A DNA stretch of 64,000 bases from contig CAZGWJ010000003.1 of NCBI GenBank assembly GCA_964529445.1, positions 5,592 through 69,591 on the forward strand, in the 5' to 3' direction. How positions within the stretch are numbered: position 1 is the stretch's first letter; each line of letters opens with the position of its first letter. A program made the position numbers and the translations under genes. This DNA is from an uncultured bacterium (lineage in GTDB: Bacteria > Oederibacteriota > Muellerivitia > Muellerivitales > Muellerivitaceae). Below the pieces are notes generated by a model that was given only the letters and a program-made list of their open reading frames with translations, had not been told where the DNA came from and did not search any database. This document shows, piece by piece, positions 58,831 to 64,000 of this stretch.

Positions 58831-58905
58831 GGTGAGTCGGCCGGGAATCGAACCCGGGACAGCCACATTAAAAGTGTGGTGCTCTACCAACTGAGCTACC
58901 GACTC
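58831..58905 (-). tRNA. tRNA-Lys, anticodon UUU
   Basis: Reverse complement: GAGTCGGTAGCTCAGTTGGTAGAGCACCACACTTTTAATGTGGCTGTCCCGGGTTCGATTCCCGGCCGACTCA(CC). Cloverleaf: acceptor GAGTCGG/CCGACTC, anticodon loop CTTTTAA, T-loop TTCGATT. Confidence 0.8.
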
Positions 58906-58927
58906 ACCCATGGCCCCTTGGGGACCT

Positions 58928-61670
<2,743 letters not shown>

Positions 61671-61681
61671 GAAGGACCGGC

Positions 61682-62680
61682 TCAGGAGGGGATCAGCGCG
61701 CGAAGACGCTGGAGGACCTTGACGTCGCGGCCGAGACGGCGTGTTTTCTCGATCCGCTCGGCGACCCACTGGGTCAGGCGCGCCCGGACCTTGGTGCGCA
61801 TCCCCGTCCCCAGGCCCTTGTCGACGGCCTTGAGCCGCAGATCCAGCAGGAAGCGGAAAGCCGTGTCGATGCTGTCGTCCGCCAGGACGGGAGGAAGGGC
61901 ATCCTTGTTCTCCTGCATCCGCAGGTTGTCCAGGTGTCCGTCCAGGATGATGTTGCCGTCCCAGTCCCAATCCGCCTTCTTGAGAACGGAGGGGAACTTC
62001 TCGCGGGCCATGTCGACGGTGCGGGCCAGCATGGTCCGGGTCTTCTTCTCCCCCACGAGGGGCATCAATTCCAGGGCGATCAGGCCGCGGAATTCCTCGT
62101 AGAGCAGGAAGAACTCCTGGTCCCGTTGGATGCGGATCCGCTCCTCTTCCTTCTGCAGATCGGGAACCAGCGGAGCACCACCGAGGAAACCGGTGGGCGG
62201 AGGTATCCCTTCGGCGGCCGCGCCCGAGAAGGGGGGCGGCATGGGAGCGCTGAAATCGACGGGAGAGGAGGATGCCGGAGCGAGAGGGGTCGCGGGCGCC
62301 GGGGCGGAAGGCGGCTCGGCGGGTGCGACCGTCTGCTGCATCTGCTGGAGTCGGGATTCGAGTTCCCGCGTCTTCTCCTCGAGCTCCCTTTCCCGGGCTT
62401 CCATCATCTCCCGGTAGCGGCGCTCGACCTCCTGCTCGCGCTCCCGCAAGGCGCGCTCGGCTTCCAGTTTTTCCAGGGCCGATTGTTCCTCGCGGGTCCG
62501 CTCCTCCGCCGCCTTGCGTTCGATCGTGTCCAACGCTTCCCGCTCGCCCGCGGAAAGGGATTCCACCTCGGTGGCCATCCGTTCGGAACGCTCCATCGAC
62601 TCTTTCACATCGGACACGTCCCCTCCGAAAAGGTCGGAGAGGTCGGAAAGGTCGATTTTCAGTTCTTCATCCTTCGGCAT
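61682..62680 (-). CDS. Coiled-coil hypothetical protein
   Basis: Start at MPKDEELKIDLSDLSDLFGG (ATG 62678-62680), then E/R-rich coiled-coil and Pro/Ala-rich segments. Confidence 0.45.
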   Translation of the reverse strand: MPKDEELKIDLSDLSDLFGGDVSDVKESMERSERMATEVESLSAGEREALDTIERKAAEERTREEQSALEKLEAERALREREQEVERRYREMMEARERELEEKTRELESRLQQMQQTVAPAEPPSAPAPATPLAPASSSPVDFSAPMPPPFSGAAAEGIPPPTGFLGGAPLVPDLQKEEERIRIQRDQEFFLLYEEFRGLIALELMPLVGEKKTRTMLARTVDMAREKFPSVLKKADWDWDGNIILDGHLDNLRMQENKDALPPVLADDSIDTAFRFLLDLRLKAVDKGLGTGMRTKVRARLTQWVAERIEKTRRLGRDVKVLQRLRALIPS

Positions 62681-62783
62681 GGGGGTCCCGTCCTTCGGAA
62701 TGGTTTCATCATATCGGCAGGCAAAAAACGAGTCAATGAACACGCCAGGTAGCGGGATGGGAAAACGGCAAAGAGGGCCGAAA

Positions 62784-63143
62784 TCAGGCGATTGCGGCCC
62801 GGATGGCCTCGCGGATGCGTCGGGCGACCTGATAGTCCATGTCGTCCTCGGGACGAAGGAAATCCCGGTCGATGCATTCGATGACCGCGCGATTTCCCGC
62901 TTCGATCCGGCGAAGGAGGCTTCCCTTCCGGATGCGGCGGGCCAGGCGATAGGAAAGGGGAAGATAGTGGTGGATGAGGGCACGACGGGAGGAAGGATCC
63001 TCGAAACGCGCATGGAGGGCATGGATCTTTTCCGACTCGGTCAGCCGGGCGCGGGATCCCACGAGCCGCCCATAGCGCCCGATCAGGCGCCGTTCGGCGG
63101 GCTCAAGAACGACCCGGTCGTCGATTTTACCCGTGGGTGCCAT
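62784..63143 (-). CDS. Small protein with a sigma-70 region-2-like segment
   Basis: ALIHHYLPLSYRLARRI...LLRRIEAGNRAVIECIDRDFLRPEDDMDYQVARRIREAI resembles sigma factor region 2.1-2.4, but no regions 3 or 4 follow. Confidence 0.35.
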   Translation of the reverse strand: MAPTGKIDDRVVLEPAERRLIGRYGRLVGSRARLTESEKIHALHARFEDPSSRRALIHHYLPLSYRLARRIRKGSLLRRIEAGNRAVIECIDRDFLRPEDDMDYQVARRIREAIRAAIA

Positions 63144-63327
63144 CCATGAACCTCCGGCCATATACAAAGCATTTTTAGTGCCAGAAAAGAAACATGGTAA
63201 ATAATTGAATATCAAGGGTTTCCGCCTCTTGACGCTGCCAGGAAACCCGTTCCATAGTCAGCGAACACACAAATCAACTCCTTTTTGTGCGTTTTCTGAC
63301 ACGCAAGGGCATGGAACGTTCCGGTTT

Positions 63328-63996
63328 TCAGGGCAAGGCGGGATTCATCCGATAGGGGATGAGATCGATGCGGAAGTAGGGAAACGAGTTCACGACCTCG
63401 CCCCGGCCCGGCGCGGGCGCGCCGGGGATCTCGTGGTAAACCCATGTGTCGGCCACCCATCCGGTCGGTTCCCTTTTCGCCGCCCAGCTTTTTTTCACTC
63501 CGGCGAAGGGCCCCAGGTAGGCATCGGGTGCGGTCATCAGCGAGGCGTTCAGGACATAAACGGTCCCCGGCCGGGGTTCTTCCAGGTCTTCCCGCGTCCA
63601 GGGTTCCCACTCGAGCCCGTAGAAGAACGGATCGACACGCCCGCTGTTCGCGAGACGCACCGTTCCCCAACCCCGCTCACGGGCCGTGGCGGCGAGTCGT
63701 TTGACGTCCTGGTTCAGGTCCCAGTTGTAGGAACTCAGGACCTCGGCCTTGCGGTGGCGCGGCACCAGGTCGTTCATGTACGAAAGGGCGTGCGGGAACC
63801 GCGCCAGGGAAGAGAGGGGATGCCACGCGAGCCCGAGAAGCACGAGGGCCGCGGCAACCCGCGGGTGGGAGGAGCCGCGCGCCTTCTCCCAAGCCCAGGA
63901 TGCCGCCACCGCCGCCACAAGGATCAGGAAGGGATAGACGGGCAGGAGGTGTCGGCACAGCTTGGAGGAGATTCCCGGCAGGAGCGTCAGGACCAT
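63328..63996 (-). CDS. Membrane protein; possibly the C-terminal part of a larger glycosyltransferase-like protein
   Basis: 222-aa ORF with hydrophobic helices (LILVAAVAASWAW, AAALVLLGLAW). The ATG is 4 nt from the window edge, so the true N-terminus is uncertain. Confidence 0.35.
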   Translation of the reverse strand: MVLTLLPGISSKLCRHLLPVYPFLILVAAVAASWAWEKARGSSHPRVAAALVLLGLAWHPLSSLARFPHALSYMNDLVPRHRKAEVLSSYNWDLNQDVKRLAATARERGWGTVRLANSGRVDPFFYGLEWEPWTREDLEEPRPGTVYVLNASLMTAPDAYLGPFAGVKKSWAAKREPTGWVADTWVYHEIPGAPAPGRGEVVNSFPYFRIDLIPYRMNPALP

Positions 63997-64000
63997 GGCG

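Overview
The window is a high-GC Gram-negative chromosome (GC judged by eye, not computed) interrupted by a roughly 43 kb lower-GC genomic island. Left backbone, all minus strand: the conserved rplU-rpmA-obg-proB operon, then outer-membrane beta-barrel proteins, a CE4 polysaccharide deacetylase, a GH5 glycanase lipoprotein and a beta-propeller lipoprotein. Right backbone: tRNA-Gly(CCC), TPR and OmpA-domain envelope proteins, tRNA-Lys(UUU), purA, a VWA protein and others. The island lies between 23-bp direct repeats at 9891-9913 and 52995-53017, which are copies of the 3' end of tRNA-Gly(CCC). It carries an AlpA-like excisionase and a tyrosine integrase. Most of its cargo looks defence-related: (1) a type III R-M system in res-mod order, translationally coupled to a UvrD-like helicase that has a ParE/RelE-like N-terminal domain; (2) a five-gene operon NurA-like / HerA-like ATPase / DNA methyltransferase / RecD-like helicase with C-terminal PD-(D/E)xK nuclease / UvrD-like helicase, which I cannot assign to a named defence system; (3) a DarT-like (DUF4433) ADP-ribosyltransferase with no macrodomain DarG partner, flanked by a nucleoside 2-deoxyribosyltransferase-like protein and an unknown 231-aa protein; (4) an operon with a CARF (Cas_NE0113-like) sensor, two membrane proteins, a 523-aa unknown protein and a membrane-anchored Mrr-like nuclease, with no cas genes, CRISPR array or obvious cyclase; (5) a GC-rich mosaic block with Smr, J-domain, Sel1 and DUF445-like proteins plus a duplicated gene fragment. 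All calls come from reading the translations and DNA by eye. No database searches were run.
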